Program-made: the position numbers and the translations under genes
Virus record (IMG/VR): IMGVR_UViG_2821013286_000001
Span: 64,001 to 107,890 of that record
Direction: 5' to 3' (one strand)
Source: a virus
Lineage: Duplodnaviria; Heunggongvirae; Uroviricota; Caudoviricetes
Length of the DNA stretch: 43,890 bases
Notes under the pieces: generated by a model
What the model was told of the DNA's origin: nothing
The model's database searches: none
Seen by the model: only the letters and a program-made list of their open reading frames with translations
In this document: in pieces, positions 1 to 8,329 of the stretch
Position numbering within the stretch: position 1 is the stretch's first letter
How the letters are laid out: each line of letters starts with the position of its first letter

Positions 1-2
1 CA

Positions 3-401
3 GGCGCACAGCGCACCGCAGAGCGTGCGGAAGAGCTTGCCAAGGAGTATGTGCCGGAAGACACCGGTTTGCTGAAGGAATCTATTCGCATCGAGCGTAT
101 CGGCGACCGTCCGTCAAGGCGCGGATACCGGCTGATTGTCGGCAGTGACGACCTTATGTCGAACCCGAAATATCCTCAAAAGATGATCAAGACATCCGAC
201 TACGCGCGTCTTGTCCATGAGGACTACTGGAGCAGCGTTGCAATCCTTCCAGGCATGATTACCGCAGCCAAGATCAACACGTATGGCCCCGCACGCGTTA
301 CCGAAGGCTTCCTGCGCCATGCAATGAAGGATGCCGTCGATGAATTTGAAAAGAATTTCAATATCCAGATTGATAAAGCGAGGCTGAAGTTCAACTCATG
401 A
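3..401 (+). CDS. HK97 gp10-like head-tail/neck protein (5'-truncated by window edge)
   Basis: Frame is open from base 3 (GAQRTAERAEELAKEYVPEDTGLLKESI), matching the gp10-family 'A...P.dTG.L..SI' pattern; sits directly before tail terminator and tube genes. Confidence 0.65.
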   Translation, partial: GAQRTAERAEELAKEYVPEDTGLLKESIRIERIGDRPSRRGYRLIVGSDDLMSNPKYPQKMIKTSDYARLVHEDYWSSVAILPGMITAAKINTYGPARVTEGFLRHAMKDAVDEFEKNFNIQIDKARLKFNS

Positions 402-802
402 TTATGGACATACTTGGTGAGAAGCTGGAAAAGGCTGGCCTTGGCGTTCGCGCCAAATCCATTTTCCATCATCAGTTTCCAGCCGATATTACAGTCGGCA
501 CCTTCTTTCGTTATCCGCTTACCGGCATTTCGGTCGATCCTTATATTCCAAACTGGCATAAGGTTCGCTGTCAGGTCATCGTTCGTCACACATCGGTAGC
601 AGAAGGCGAGAAGATGGCTGATGCCGTTTCGCGCACTCTAACCACGCAGGCAGAAGAGGTATTTCCGGCGACCGCTGACAGTCCTGAGATCAGACTTGTC
701 AGGTTCTTTCCGGATTCACTTCCAGTCCGTTTTCCAAGACTTGAAGGCAATAGTATCGAGTGGTCGATGCACTTCGACGCCGTTTTCTCAGTCGATAGGT
801 GA
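398..802 (+). CDS. Tail terminator / tail completion-like protein
   Basis: 134 aa, ATGA overlap with upstream gene, position between gp10-like and tail tube genes. Confidence 0.55.
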   Translation: MIMDILGEKLEKAGLGVRAKSIFHHQFPADITVGTFFRYPLTGISVDPYIPNWHKVRCQVIVRHTSVAEGEKMADAVSRTLTTQAEEVFPATADSPEIRLVRFFPDSLPVRFPRLEGNSIEWSMHFDAVFSVDR

Positions 803-838
803 TTAGGCTTTTCAGTTCGTTGCTTATCTGCTATTGTA

Positions 839-852
839 TATAAATATTTATA
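839..852. promoter_or_regulatory. Palindromic operator-like motif TATAAATATTTATA
   Basis: Perfect 14-bp palindrome with core TAAAYRTTTA, 44 nt before the tail tube ATG. Confidence 0.7.
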
Positions 853-896
853 CACATTTTCATTTGACAGCTGTTGTGAATAAGGAATTTTGAATT

Positions 897-1718
897 ATGG
901 CTTCGAGTACCAAGAACGTTAAGCTCGGCGCGTGCCGGGTTTATTACGATGGCCGAGACCTTGGTTTCACCAAGGGCGGTGTCGAGTTTGAAGTAACCAC
1001 CAATACCCACGATGTGACCGTCGATCAGCTTGGCGAAACTCCGATTTCGTCCCTGATTACTGGCCGTACCGCAACCGTATCCGTGCCTATGGCAGAAACC
1101 ACGCTGGAGAACCTCGTGGCCGTTATGCCTGGCTCCGTTCTCGTTTCGGACGGCTCCAAGTCCACCGGCAAGATCACCTTTGCTGGCGAAGTCGCCGATG
1201 GCGATACCGTCAAGATTGGCGATGCCGTATTCACGTTCCGCGATGTTGCCACTGGCCTTTACGAAGTGCCCGTCGCTGATGACGCTGCTGAAGTGGCTGC
1301 GTTCTTCGTTGAGACCGCTTCGGAAGCAGGCGTACCGTACAGCTTCGATGCTGTTGCTGGCGTCGTGACCGTGACCGCCAAGCTCACCGGCTCGGAATAC
1401 AACACCGCTATCGCTGTTACGGGCACCAACATCACCGCCGATCCTGTCGCTGGCGGCGTGGCCGCTACCAAGGCTCGCGTTGAAGTCAGCTCCGGCGTGA
1501 ACATCAACCTCCTGGACGTTGCTCGTCCGCTGCGCCTCGTGCCGATCGGCACCACTGGCGGCGAAGATCTGCTGATCCATCGTGCCGGTACGCCTGGCGC
1601 TATTCAGTTCGCCTATCAGTCGGACACGGAGCGCGTCTTCCAGGCATCGTTCAGTGCCTTCGCTACTGAAGATGGCCGACTGTTTGACCTCGGCGACCAG
1701 ACCGTGAAGGCGGCCTAA
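897..1718 (+). CDS. Major tail tube protein with internal inserted domain
   Basis: N-terminal 'VKLGACRVYYDGRDLGFTKGGVEFEVTT...VDQLGETP' and C-terminal 'FAYQSDTERVFQASF' are siphovirus tube-like; followed by hairpin and chaperone genes. Confidence 0.8.
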   Translation: MASSTKNVKLGACRVYYDGRDLGFTKGGVEFEVTTNTHDVTVDQLGETPISSLITGRTATVSVPMAETTLENLVAVMPGSVLVSDGSKSTGKITFAGEVADGDTVKIGDAVFTFRDVATGLYEVPVADDAAEVAAFFVETASEAGVPYSFDAVAGVVTVTAKLTGSEYNTAIAVTGTNITADPVAGGVAATKARVEVSSGVNINLLDVARPLRLVPIGTTGGEDLLIHRAGTPGAIQFAYQSDTERVFQASFSAFATEDGRLFDLGDQTVKAA

Positions 1719-1726
1719 TCCAACAA

Positions 1727-1762
1727 AAGGTCAGGGCTTACGTCCTGACCTTCCATTTTTTC
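1727..1762 (+). terminator. Hairpin/terminator after tail tube gene
   Basis: AAGGTCAGG (1727-1735) / CCTGACCTT (1744-1752) 9-bp stem followed by CCATTTTTT. Confidence 0.6.
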
Positions 1763-1792
1763 ATCCAGATATATTCATCGAAAGAATTTGCA

Positions 1793-2164
1793 ATGGCAAA
1801 GCAGTCCAAAGAACTCGTCTTTGATGTTGATGACGCAATCAACACCTCGTTCCCGAACATTCGGGTAAAGATCAAGGACAAGGAGCACCAGCTTCTGGAA
1901 GCGACTGTCGGCAGCTTCATTGAAAACGTCCGCGACATGGAAGCTCTCCGTCGCACGTCGGACATTGTGGAAGAGCTGGAAATCCTCATGCGCATCATCA
2001 TCCGCGCATTTCCAACAATCAAGCGCGAAGACCTATCGCCACTCACTCTTACGCAGCTCAATGAACTCGCCAACTTTGGTCGTCGTGCGAACGAAGAAAT
2101 CACGGACGAGGATCTAGAGGGGGATGGCGCTGCCGAGCCGGGAAAGCTGCAAGCGGCAGAATAA
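1793..2164 (+). CDS. Tail assembly chaperone (lambda gpG analogue)
   Basis: 123 aa between tube and tape measure genes; ends with G-GGA-AAG slippery heptamer. Confidence 0.8.
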   Translation: MAKQSKELVFDVDDAINTSFPNIRVKIKDKEHQLLEATVGSFIENVRDMEALRRTSDIVEELEILMRIIIRAFPTIKREDLSPLTLTQLNELANFGRRANEEITDEDLEGDGAAEPGKLQAAE

Positions 2165-2499
2165 AATACATCGATCTGACGTTTTATCTCTGCCGCGTAG
2201 CTAAAGAATACGGAATTCGCATCGCTGAAATTCTTCAGATGCCAGTTCCAATGTTCTGGCTGCACAACCGAACCATAGATCGCCTGCGCGCTGAAGAGGA
2301 TCTTAGACAGATCCAGGTGCTGGCGGCAGTAACCAGTAAGGACAGCTACGATTCTGTAGTTGAGCGACTTACAAAGTTCCTAGGCCGGACGGTCGAGTTT
2401 GATGAGGCGGATAAATACGAGCTTGTCATCGATCCTAAAACCGGAAGGGACGTTACCTTTGATCATGAAGGGCTGAAAGCGCTCAAGGACTCTCTGTGA
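2140..2499 (+). CDS. Frameshift-accessed chaperone extension (lambda gpT analogue; G-T fusion 1793..2499)
   Basis: -1 frame from GGGAAAG (2140-2146) is stop-free and continuous with ORF 2239..2499 (GKAASGRIKYIDLTFYLCRVAKEYGIRIAEILQMPVPMFW...). Confidence 0.85.
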   Translation, partial: GKAASGRIKYIDLTFYLCRVAKEYGIRIAEILQMPVPMFWLHNRTIDRLRAEEDLRQIQVLAAVTSKDSYDSVVERLTKFLGRTVEFDEADKYELVIDPKTGRDVTFDHEGLKALKDSL

Positions 2500-2523
2500 A
2501 GCTCTCGCACGCCCTGAATTATA

Positions 2524-2537
2524 AATAAATATTTATT
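2524..2537. promoter_or_regulatory. Palindromic operator-like motif AATAAATATTTATT
   Basis: Perfect palindrome 14-17 nt before the tape measure start. Confidence 0.7.
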
Positions 2538-2551
2538 GTCTTTTAGGGCGT

Positions 2552-5500
2552 GTGATGTCTGATTTTGATATTAAACTTGTAGTCGATAACACCGAGGTCA
2601 ATCAGGGCCTCAAAGACGCCGCACGCGCAATCAACCAATTCACGAGCGTTGCGGACAAAGCGGCCAACAAGCTCGACGGCATCGCAAAGTCCGGCGAACG
2701 CGCCGAGAAGAGCCTCAAGGGCATGACATGGGCTTCGGGAGGTTTTCTCTCGAACATGCGTGATCTTTCCATCGTTCTGACGACGGCGACATATGCGCTC
2801 AATACGATGCGCGGCGCTACGCAGGGTTGGGTTACGCACATTGTGCAGGCGAATGCCGAAATGGAGCGTCTGACTTATCTCCTGTCAAGCATGTCCAAGG
2901 GGCCGAACCCTTTCAAGGAAGCAGGCGAGCAGCTTCAATATATGCGCGACCTGGCTAAACAGGTTCCGTTCTCGCTCAACGCGATTTCCAACAGCTATGT
3001 TAAGTTCAAGGCTGCCGGCCTCGATCCCGCAAACGGCTCGCTCAATTCGATGCTCGACGCTATCTCGGCGTTCGGCGGCTCGGACGAACAGCTTAATCGT
3101 ATCACCGTCGCTTTGACCCAGATGCAGGGTAAAGGCGTGATCTCGATGGAAGAATTGCGCCAACAGCTCGGCGAGCATCTGCCGACCGCAATGCAAGTTA
3201 TGGCGCGGTCCATGAACACGACCGTTGGCAACCTGACCAAACAGATTTCAACTGGCATGGTCGAGTCCAATTCAGCATTGAAGGCATTCTTCGCTGAACT
3301 GCGCATGACCTATGGCGGAACGTCCATTCAGATGATGAAGACGTTCAACGGTCAAATTTCCCAGATGAAGACCAATTTCACGCAATTGGTTACGACCGGC
3401 CAGAACAAGGCGTTTTTCGAAGACCTGAAGTCATCCATGCAGGACATGAACCGCTTCCTTCAGGGTGATGTCGCCAAGCAGTTCGCGGATCAGGTCGGAA
3501 GCGGTCTCAGTTCTGCGCTCGGCGTCGTCAAGGGTCTCGTATCCGCTACGTGGGAATGGCGCGACACGATTATCAATATCGGCGCGGCACTGGCAACGAT
3601 CGGCGCGCTGAAGATCTTCGGCGGCATTGCGAATTCTGTACGCGACATGGCCTCGACCTTTGCGACCTCTGTGCGCGGCATGAATTCCGGCGCGAAAGAG
3701 ATGGTTGCCGGCCTGACCCTTTTTGCGCAGTCGCTGGCAGAATCCAAAGACCGCATGACCGGCCTCACACTGGCAGGCGCCGGTGTGCGTCGCATGTTTA
3801 CGTCAGTGCTATCTGGGGTCCTTGCAGCTGCGCCAGTCTGGGGAGCTGTTGGTCTCGCACTCATGGAGCTTTGGGGCTATCTCGATCTGACCGGCGAGAA
3901 GTTCAAGAAGGCCAAAGACGACGCTGTTCGATATGGCGCGGAAACGCTCGAAGAACTGGCGAAGCTTCAAAAGAAGAATGACAAGGAAATTACTCGTCTC
4001 CAGCGTGAGCGAGATACCGTTATTTTCAGCATGCCTGGTCTCTCCAAGGACAAGGTGGATGAGATCTATGCCGACTATGAAAAGCGGATCGACGAGGCAC
4101 GCAAGAAGAACGAGAAGTTCGCGCAGGAGTCCACGGAAGCCACAAATGTTCGGCTTCAGAAGGAGGCAGCCAAGTCTGCCGAGGATGAATTCAGCAATCG
4201 CACGTTCCAGCGCACCAAGCAGTACGAGGCCGAAGTAACGGCGCTCAAGGCAAAGTTCGATCAGGAAGTTCAGATCGCTCAGGCTGCCGGAACGAATATT
4301 GAAAAGGTTGAAAAGGCACACTTCGCGGAAATCGATAAGGTCCGCGATAAGTTCTACGATCAGCAACTTGCTGATCTGGATCGAACGATTGCCCAAACCA
4401 AGGATAAGCTGAAGACAGCTGCACAGGGCACGGAAGCCGAGGCTCTGCTTCAGGGTCAGGTCGCTGGCCTCATTAAGCTTCAGGGTCAGATACTAGACGA
4501 GAAGCAGACGAAGCGTGAGATCAGGCTCAATTCGTCCACCTCCGACAGTAAGAATATCAGCAAGGTCCAGACGCAGATCAAAAATATCCGTCGTGAGGTT
4601 TCAGGTCTCACGCAGGATATCGACGGCACCTTTAATGGCTTCCATCAGCTGATCCAGTCGATTGAAGATGAAAAGTTCGGCAATCTGACCGCAGCTGGCG
4701 ATGAACTGAAGGAGCAGCTCGGCACGCTTGTCGCTATGACTGCTCAGTACGACGCCTTGAAGCAGGTGCGTTCCGGCTATCAGAGTGCCGTGCGCGACAT
4801 CGACTCCACTTACCGTCGCATGCGCAAGCAGATGCAGGAATGGCGTCGTGAAAGTGGCGACGAAGCTCAGCCGCTCACGAAGGCTGACGAGATCGAGCAG
4901 AATATCAGGGACGGCCAGTACAAGGGTCTTGGCATTGATGCCGAGCGTGTGAAGGCTGAACTGCGCGTAACGCTCGCCGGCCTCGAAGCCAATGCAAAGA
5001 TGGCTGATCTTGTTGGTCTCGCTTACCAGAAGAATGCATTTGGCTCCGATAGTCAGAACGCAATTCAGACCACTGGCGAGCAAATCGATCAGGTCAACCA
5101 GAAACTGACTACGATGCAGGGGCTGCTGTCAGGCGCGAGCTTTGCGAACCTGGCACTTCCTGCCGGTGTAAGCGGTCTTAGCCTGTCTGGCCTGCCTGCT
5201 TATACGAGCATGAAAGGCTCGACTGGCAATCCGTTCCTGGATCTCGTGGCCGGCAAGGAAAGCGGCGGCGATTACAACCGCTCGCTTGATAATGGCTATT
5301 GGATCGGCGGCGAAAAGAACCTGTCAGCGATGTCGCTCCGTCAGGTTCGCGAACTACAGCGCATGATGATCGCCAATCCTGCCAACCGTGCGAAATACGG
5401 TAACGGCAAGGGTTCGTCGGCCATGGGTCGCTACCAGATTGTCGGCAGTACGCTCGATGGTTTGATGCGCGAAATGGGACTGTCCGGCGATGAACTGTTC

Positions 5501-7207
5501 AGTCCTGAAATGCAGGATCGCATGGCTCTGACGCTCGCCAAGCGTCGCGGCGCAAACGTGTCCAATCTCCGTGACGAATGGGAAGGCTTGAAGCACGTCG
5601 ATCCGCAGCAAATCCTTGCGGCATATGGTCAGGCATTCAACGGTCCTACGCGCGCAAATGCTGAATTACTGAAGCCGATCTCTCCGATCGCTGCTCCGAA
5701 GCTTGATGTCAGTGGCGCTGTAGATGGCATCACCAAGGGTTTTGATGAGCACGTCAAGAACGCGACAGCGGATCTTGAGAAGCAGCTCACGGATCTGCGG
5801 AAGTTCGAGGTGGATCAGTACCTTCCAGCCGAGCAGAAGTCGATCTTCAACAAATACAAAAACCGCTACACGTCCGAGGTTGAGGAAGCCGTCCGGCAGG
5901 GCAAGGGCTTCGGCAAGTTCGAGTCCGAGCTTGAGGGTGCGCGCGCCGACAAGTCGAGCGATATCGCGAAGCTTAGTGCCGAGGATTTCCAGAAGCTCGT
6001 CGCAGAGGCCAAGCGTCTCGATGAGGAAATGAAGAACGTTCAGGGCACGCAGAAGCTCAACCGCGACATGACGCGGGAAACGCTGGCTGCGGAGAAAGAG
6101 CGCATCAAGATCAATCAGAAGATCGAGGAGCTGAACAGGAAGATCAAAAATCCGCTCGCTATGACGGATAGCAGCGCGGTCCAGAACATCAAGACGCAGT
6201 ACGACGAAATTCTGGGACGGATTGAAGAGGTCTACGGCAAGCAGAGCGAGCAGTACAAGCAGTTCCTGAGTGAGCGCGATGGCGCTTTGAAGGGGCAGCA
6301 TCAGGTCGAACTTCTGGAAGAGCAGGTTCAGCAGAAAAAGCTCACCGAGGAGTACCGCAAAACCCAGATGACGAAGACGCAGCTCGCCAATTACGAGTTG
6401 CAGCAGGCTATGAAGGCTGCGGATGAGCGGCTGGCTTACTACAAGTCGCTTGGCTATTCCGAAATCGATGCAACCAAAATGGTCGAAGAGGAAAAGGCTC
6501 GCCTTCGTGCGCAGTACAATTCGTCAAACGATCAGGTGTCGAAGACCTTCCAGCAGTGGTCGGACTTGCAGGGGAACGTGCAGGACAAGATTGACGGCTG
6601 GATGAATTCGGCCGCCGATGGTCTGACTGGCCTCATTACTGGCACTGGCGATCTCAAGAGCGCAATCGACGGCATGATCAAGGATGTCGTCAATATGTCG
6701 CTCAAGTGGGCGATGTCTCAGATGTTCCAGAAAGGTGGCGGCTCTGTTCCGGGTGCGAGCGGTAATGGCGGCGCGAAAAGCCTTCTTAGCCTTTTCTCCA
6801 AGGGCAAAGCGACAGCACATACCGGTGGTTCGATCAATCCAGGCCGTGGCATGCGCAAGAACGTCAGCGCTCTGGCCTTCGCAGGCGCTCCACGTTTCCA
6901 CGGCGGTGGTGTGATCGGCAAGGAAGGTCTGCTGCCAAGCGAAGTCCCTCTGATTGGTAAAAAGGGTGAGGTCGTCTTCACGCCTGGTCAGGTTGATGCG
7001 CTTTCGCAGGGCATCGATGGCTCCAAGACGACGAATGTCATCAGCCCAACGATCAACGTGAACGCGAGCGGCGGCACACACGAACAGAATTCCGACCTCG
7101 CAAAGCAGGTCAGCAAGGAAGTTGAAAAGTCTATCTCCGGCCTGGTTGCGAAAGAGATTTCCAAGCAGCAGCGACCGGGAAACATGATTGGAAGGAGGTT
7201 CGCATGA
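2552..7207 (+). CDS. Tail tape measure protein with internal lysozyme-like domain
   Basis: 1551 aa, helical Ala/Lys/Gln-rich; TMP motif 'QMQGKGVISMEELRQQLGEHLP'; internal 'KESGGDY...AMGRYQIVGSTL...FSPEMQD'; lambda-H-like C-terminus 'FHGGGVIG...SEVPLIGKKGEVVFT'. Confidence 0.92.
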   Translation: MMSDFDIKLVVDNTEVNQGLKDAARAINQFTSVADKAANKLDGIAKSGERAEKSLKGMTWASGGFLSNMRDLSIVLTTATYALNTMRGATQGWVTHIVQANAEMERLTYLLSSMSKGPNPFKEAGEQLQYMRDLAKQVPFSLNAISNSYVKFKAAGLDPANGSLNSMLDAISAFGGSDEQLNRITVALTQMQGKGVISMEELRQQLGEHLPTAMQVMARSMNTTVGNLTKQISTGMVESNSALKAFFAELRMTYGGTSIQMMKTFNGQISQMKTNFTQLVTTGQNKAFFEDLKSSMQDMNRFLQGDVAKQFADQVGSGLSSALGVVKGLVSATWEWRDTIINIGAALATIGALKIFGGIANSVRDMASTFATSVRGMNSGAKEMVAGLTLFAQSLAESKDRMTGLTLAGAGVRRMFTSVLSGVLAAAPVWGAVGLALMELWGYLDLTGEKFKKAKDDAVRYGAETLEELAKLQKKNDKEITRLQRERDTVIFSMPGLSKDKVDEIYADYEKRIDEARKKNEKFAQESTEATNVRLQKEAAKSAEDEFSNRTFQRTKQYEAEVTALKAKFDQEVQIAQAAGTNIEKVEKAHFAEIDKVRDKFYDQQLADLDRTIAQTKDKLKTAAQGTEAEALLQGQVAGLIKLQGQILDEKQTKREIRLNSSTSDSKNISKVQTQIKNIRREVSGLTQDIDGTFNGFHQLIQSIEDEKFGNLTAAGDELKEQLGTLVAMTAQYDALKQVRSGYQSAVRDIDSTYRRMRKQMQEWRRESGDEAQPLTKADEIEQNIRDGQYKGLGIDAERVKAELRVTLAGLEANAKMADLVGLAYQKNAFGSDSQNAIQTTGEQIDQVNQKLTTMQGLLSGASFANLALPAGVSGLSLSGLPAYTSMKGSTGNPFLDLVAGKESGGDYNRSLDNGYWIGGEKNLSAMSLRQVRELQRMMIANPANRAKYGNGKGSSAMGRYQIVGSTLDGLMREMGLSGDELFSPEMQDRMALTLAKRRGANVSNLRDEWEGLKHVDPQQILAAYGQAFNGPTRANAELLKPISPIAAPKLDVSGAVDGITKGFDEHVKNATADLEKQLTDLRKFEVDQYLPAEQKSIFNKYKNRYTSEVEEAVRQGKGFGKFESELEGARADKSSDIAKLSAEDFQKLVAEAKRLDEEMKNVQGTQKLNRDMTRETLAAEKERIKINQKIEELNRKIKNPLAMTDSSAVQNIKTQYDEILGRIEEVYGKQSEQYKQFLSERDGALKGQHQVELLEEQVQQKKLTEEYRKTQMTKTQLANYELQQAMKAADERLAYYKSLGYSEIDATKMVEEEKARLRAQYNSSNDQVSKTFQQWSDLQGNVQDKIDGWMNSAADGLTGLITGTGDLKSAIDGMIKDVVNMSLKWAMSQMFQKGGGSVPGASGNGGAKSLLSLFSKGKATAHTGGSINPGRGMRKNVSALAFAGAPRFHGGGVIGKEGLLPSEVPLIGKKGEVVFTPGQVDALSQGIDGSKTTNVISPTINVNASGGTHEQNSDLAKQVSKEVEKSISGLVAKEISKQQRPGNMIGRRFA

Positions 7208-7557
7208 GCCTGTTCACGTTCGATCCGCCTATTGGTCCGTCGCCTGGCGTCGGCCATGGCCGCGAGGTCAAGTTGCTGGAAGCTGAATTTGGCGAGGGCT
7301 ACTCTCAGTCAACGCCAAAGGGCTTGAACCATATTCGCAAGTCGCTCGATCTGAAATGGGAAGCGCTGACATTGAGCCAGCGCGACGAAATCGAGGACTT
7401 TCTTATTGATCATAAGGGAAATACGCCATTCTACTACAGGCCATATGGTGAGCGCTTCGCTCTCAAATGGACATGCAAGGAGTGGAGCAGCACGCCTGAC
7501 GGTGGCGTCTGGGTATTCTCGGCAACTTTCGTACAGTCCTTTACGCTCGAAACGTAG
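7204..7557 (+). CDS. Distal tail protein (lambda gpM-like)
   Basis: 'FGEGYSQSTPKGLN', 'IEDFLIDHKGNTPFYY', 'SATFVQSF'; follows the TMP. Confidence 0.85.
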   Translation: MSLFTFDPPIGPSPGVGHGREVKLLEAEFGEGYSQSTPKGLNHIRKSLDLKWEALTLSQRDEIEDFLIDHKGNTPFYYRPYGERFALKWTCKEWSSTPDGGVWVFSATFVQSFTLET

Positions 7558-7560
7558 TCG

Positions 7561-7588
7561 TTGATTTATGTAAATGTTTATTTATAAT
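7561..7588 (+). promoter_or_regulatory. Sigma70-like promoter TTGATT-N16-TATAAT with operator-like motif TGTAAATGTTTATT (7569-7582) in its spacer
   Basis: Hexamers at 7561-7566 and 7583-7588 read directly; core TAAATGTTTA lies between them. Confidence 0.6.
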
Positions 7589-7615
7589 GGCTCCTATATT
7601 TGGAGCCATTATTTT

Positions 7616-8329
7616 ATGTCTAATGCGACTATTCAGAGCGAAGCGCAAAGTCTTGCGCCGAGCGGCATCATTTCATTGTTTCAGTTGGATGCGACGCGCT
7701 ACGGCGGTCCTGTTATTCGCTTTACGCAGGGTAACAAGGTCGGCGAAGTCGTCAAATTTGCCGGCAATGAGTATCAGCCGATTGATGTCGAATTCACTGG
7801 ATTGGAAACGTCAGGGCAGGGCGCTCTGCCGACGCCAACCATTCGGCTCGCCAACACTGACGGCGTTCCTCAGTCCATGGTCAACACCTATGGCGACATG
7901 ACCGGCTGTCCGCTCTACCGCATTCGCACGCATACACGCTTTCTGGATGACATGCCGGACGCAGACCCGACCGCGACCTATCCGGTCGATATTTTCCGGC
8001 TTGAGCGTAAGGCTATCGAGAACAGCCAGTTCATCGAGTGGGAGCTTTCGGCGTCTATCGATCAGGAAGGCAAGATGCTGCCTGGCCGTACGATCATCAA
8101 GGAAACCTGTCTGTGGCGCTACCGGTACTTCAACAAGTCCACCGGCAAGTTCGACTACTCCAAGGCTCAGTGCCCATTCGCCGGAAACAAGTATTTCGAC
8201 ATCAATGACCAGCCCGTCGCAAGCCCTGCGGATGACGTGCCTTCGCGCCGTCTCAACTGCTGCAAGGTTCGCTTCGGTGAGTCCGAGCCGCTTCCTTTTG
8301 GCGGCTTTCCTGGCGTTCAGCGAGTTTGA
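7616..8329 (+). CDS. Minor tail protein L (lambda gpL-like)
   Basis: ATG at 7616 with GGAG RBS; 'LFQLDATRYGG', 'GALPTPTIRL', 'RTHTRFLD', 'WELSASID', Cys-rich end 'FGGFPG'. Confidence 0.88.
   Translation: MSNATIQSEAQSLAPSGIISLFQLDATRYGGPVIRFTQGNKVGEVVKFAGNEYQPIDVEFTGLETSGQGALPTPTIRLANTDGVPQSMVNTYGDMTGCPLYRIRTHTRFLDDMPDADPTATYPVDIFRLERKAIENSQFIEWELSASIDQEGKMLPGRTIIKETCLWRYRYFNKSTGKFDYSKAQCPFAGNKYFDINDQPVASPADDVPSRRLNCCKVRFGESEPLPFGGFPGVQRV

Noticed and set aside
7574-7615. Upstream start for gpL given in the ORF track (similar upstream extensions at 21596, 36166, 36861, 42026)
   Set aside because: These extensions run through promoter/operator DNA or the upstream gene; downstream ATGs have better RBSs or coupling
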